Assembly: GCA_027623195.1 (NCBI GenBank)
Contig: JAQBUT010000032.1
Coordinates: 1 to 28,054 of the forward strand
Reading direction: 5' to 3'
DNA length: 28,054 nt
DNA from: Chloroflexota bacterium
GTDB taxonomy: Bacteria; Chloroflexota; Dehalococcoidia; Lucifugimonadales; JADFKI01
Part shown: positions 26,164 to 28,054 of the stretch, piece after piece
Layout: each line of letters starts with the position of its first letter
Numbering within the stretch: position 1 is the stretch's first letter
Translations under genes and position numbers: made by a program
The notes under the pieces: generated by a model
Databases searched by the model: none
Told to the model about the DNA's origin: nothing
Seen by the model: the letters and a program-made list of their open reading frames with translations, nothing else

Positions 26164-27840
26164 TCAGTAGCTTCGGACCACAGGAGTCCACTCGGTTATG
26201 ACTACATCCATATAGTCAATCTTAGGTCCGTCGTCCGATTTCCTCACCAGGATGTGCTTCAACCAGTTCTCGTCGTCCCTGTCCGGGAAGTCGCTTCGGG
26301 TGTGCGCGCCTCGGCTTTCGGGCCTATTCGTGGCACTGACGGCGACGGCCTCTGCGCAGTCCAACATCATGTCAAGCTCAAGAGAGAACATCAGGTTGGT
26401 GTTGAATGTCTTTCCTTTGTCAGGCACGTAGACCTTGCTGATGCGGTCCTTGAGGGCGCGAACTTTAGCCAGGCCCTCGTCCATGCTGGCCTGGTCGCGA
26501 TACACGGCGAAATGCTCGTTCATCGCGTCGCCCATCTCCCGGCGAACCTTGCCGAATAGCTCGTTGCCACTGTCGTTGTTAAGGAGATTCTGTATGTGTG
26601 TGCGGTCTCCGTCAGCGGCAGAGTCGCCGATGTTCTTGTGGGCCTTGCCTTTAACAGAATCAGCGGCATGCTGTCCGGAACGTCGACCAAAGATCAACGT
26701 ATCCAGTAGGGAGTTGGCTCCCAGCCTGTTACCGCCATGTACGCTGACGCAAGCTGTCTCGCCCGCTGCGTAAAGGCCTGGAAGCTGAGTCCGGCCGTCT
26801 ACGTCTGTTTTAATGCCGCCCATCTGGTAGTGCATGCCAGGGCGAACTGGTATCGGCTCATAAACCACGTCCACATTCGCGAAGTCTTTGCCGATTTCAC
26901 GAATCTGGGAAAGGCGTTCGTTAATATGCTTCTCGCCCAGGTGGCGCATGTCCAGTAGCACACAGCCATCGATGCCCCTACCGGCGTCGATCTCCTGCTG
27001 CTCCGACCTGGAAACAACGTCGCGAGAGGCAAGCTCCATCATGTTGGGGGCGTAAGTCTTCATAAAGCGTTCACCCTCTGAATTCAGAAGGTAAGCGCCG
27101 TCGCCTCTGGCACCCTCCGTGATGAGCACTCCACTACCTTTAAGAGTCGTGGGATGGTACTGGACCATCTCCATGTCCATAAGGGATGCGCCGGCCCTGT
27201 ACGAAGCGGCCATGCCGTCGCCGGTGCAGATCATGGCGTTGGTGCTGGGCTCGAATACGCGTCCCAGGCCTCCAGTTGCCATTATGACCGACTTGGCTCG
27301 AATGACGTGAATCTCGCCGCTGCTGATCTCCATGACCACCGCGCCGCAGCACTCGCCTTCCTCAACCATGAGCGATAGCAGGAACCATTCGTCGTAAATG
27401 TTCACGTTCGCTTTGAGAATCTGTTCGTAGAGGACATGTAACAACGCCTGGCCGGTGAAGTCAGCAACGAAGAACGTCCGGGCCTTCTGCTGTCCCCCGA
27501 AATTGCGGGTTCCCAGCCTGCCATCCTCATCGCGATTGAAGATCACGCCCATGTGCTCCATGGCAACAATCTCGTCGCCGGCCTCTTGGCACATGATGGC
27601 GATAGCGTCCTGGTCGCCTAGGAAGTCACTACCCTTAATGGTGTCGTAAGCGTGGTCTCGCCAGTCGTCGCCCTGATGGGCAAGAGCTGCGTTTATGCCG
27701 CCTTGGGCTGCATTGGAGTGGCTTCTTACGGGGTAAACCTTGGAAACAACGGCTACATCTACGCCGTTTTCAACTGCTGCCAGCGCGGCCCGCATTCCTG
27801 CAAGGCCAGCGCCGATAATCAGCACATCGTGGTCGATCAT
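26164..27840 (-). CDS. sdhA: Succinate dehydrogenase/fumarate reductase flavoprotein subunit
   Basis: GAGLAG, covalent-FAD His motif [45 protein letters not shown]. Confidence 0.96.
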   Translation of the reverse strand: MIDHDVLIIGAGLAGMRAALAAVENGVDVAVVSKVYPVRSHSNAAQGGINAALAHQGDDWRDHAYDTIKGSDFLGDQDAIAIMCQEAGDEIVAMEHMGVIFNRDEDGRLGTRNFGGQQKARTFFVADFTGQALLHVLYEQILKANVNIYDEWFLLSLMVEEGECCGAVVMEISSGEIHVIRAKSVIMATGGLGRVFEPSTNAMICTGDGMAASYRAGASLMDMEMVQYHPTTLKGSGVLITEGARGDGAYLLNSEGERFMKTYAPNMMELASRDVVSRSEQQEIDAGRGIDGCVLLDMRHLGEKHINERLSQIREIGKDFANVDVVYEPIPVRPGMHYQMGGIKTDVDGRTQLPGLYAAGETACVSVHGGNRLGANSLLDTLIFGRRSGQHAADSVKGKAHKNIGDSAADGDRTHIQNLLNNDSGNELFGKVRREMGDAMNEHFAVYRDQASMDEGLAKVRALKDRISKVYVPDKGKTFNTNLMFSLELDMMLDCAEAVAVSATNRPESRGAHTRSDFPDRDDENWLKHILVRKSDDGPKIDYMDVVITEWTPVVRSY

Positions 27841-28054
27841 CTAGAGGCACCTCGGAATATCTACTGAGCCTGTCGAAGGTATCATATACGCGCCTCATGT
27901 ACAAGCGACGCAGGCCGTTCACAAAGAGTCACATATGATTCCCAAATCGGCACTTTCCTTTCCCCGAATTGTTCATTACTCGCTGTTTGTTGTCATTCAG
28001 CGAAGTGGGACAGAAAACTTAGTGGAGAGAATCGGCTGAATTGGCGAGCTCTCT

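Noticed and set aside
1..28054. CRISPR arrays, IS elements, integrases, att repeats, known riboswitches (including Moco/Wco before tupA and c-di-GMP before the archaellin)
   Set aside because: I saw no spaced direct repeats, recombinase or transposase motifs, tRNA 3'-end duplication or matching riboswitch consensus by eye. An Rfam/ISfinder scan would be needed to exclude divergent cases.

Overview
A 28-kb bacterial chromosome segment, mostly GC-rich coding DNA with AT-richer intergenic stretches. The host is probably Chloroflexota (Dehalococcoidia/SAR202-like). This is an inference from gene content: sigma70-type promoters, CCA-encoding tRNAs and bacterial core genes occur together with an archaellin, a homodimeric GlyRS and an archaeal-looking Trm112. 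Left part: tpx, an RraA-family gene, tRNA-Leu(GAG) and tRNA-Cys(GCA), then tupABC, SulP and a universal stress protein. Middle, accessory part: an unannotated 32-aa membrane peptide, a stand-alone archaellin with a large CBM-like insertion, a DHA2 MFS pump, a SAM methyltransferase, a double zinc-ribbon protein, and a terminator-bounded three-ORF unit of unknown function that includes an overlapping Pro/Thr-rich peptide. Right, core part: glyQS, sbcD, TlpA-like, CopD-like, Trm112, folK/folP, a carboxyltransferase cluster lacking biotin carboxylase plus mdh, and a convergent succinate dehydrogenase/fumarate reductase operon with a CCG-domain subunit. I found no CRISPR array, rRNA, integrase or transposase. 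The best leads are the domain-inserted orphan archaellin, the 12420-13603 unit, the transcarboxylase-like module and a minimal hammerhead-like motif in the tRNA leader. All calls come from reading the sequence; no searches were run.
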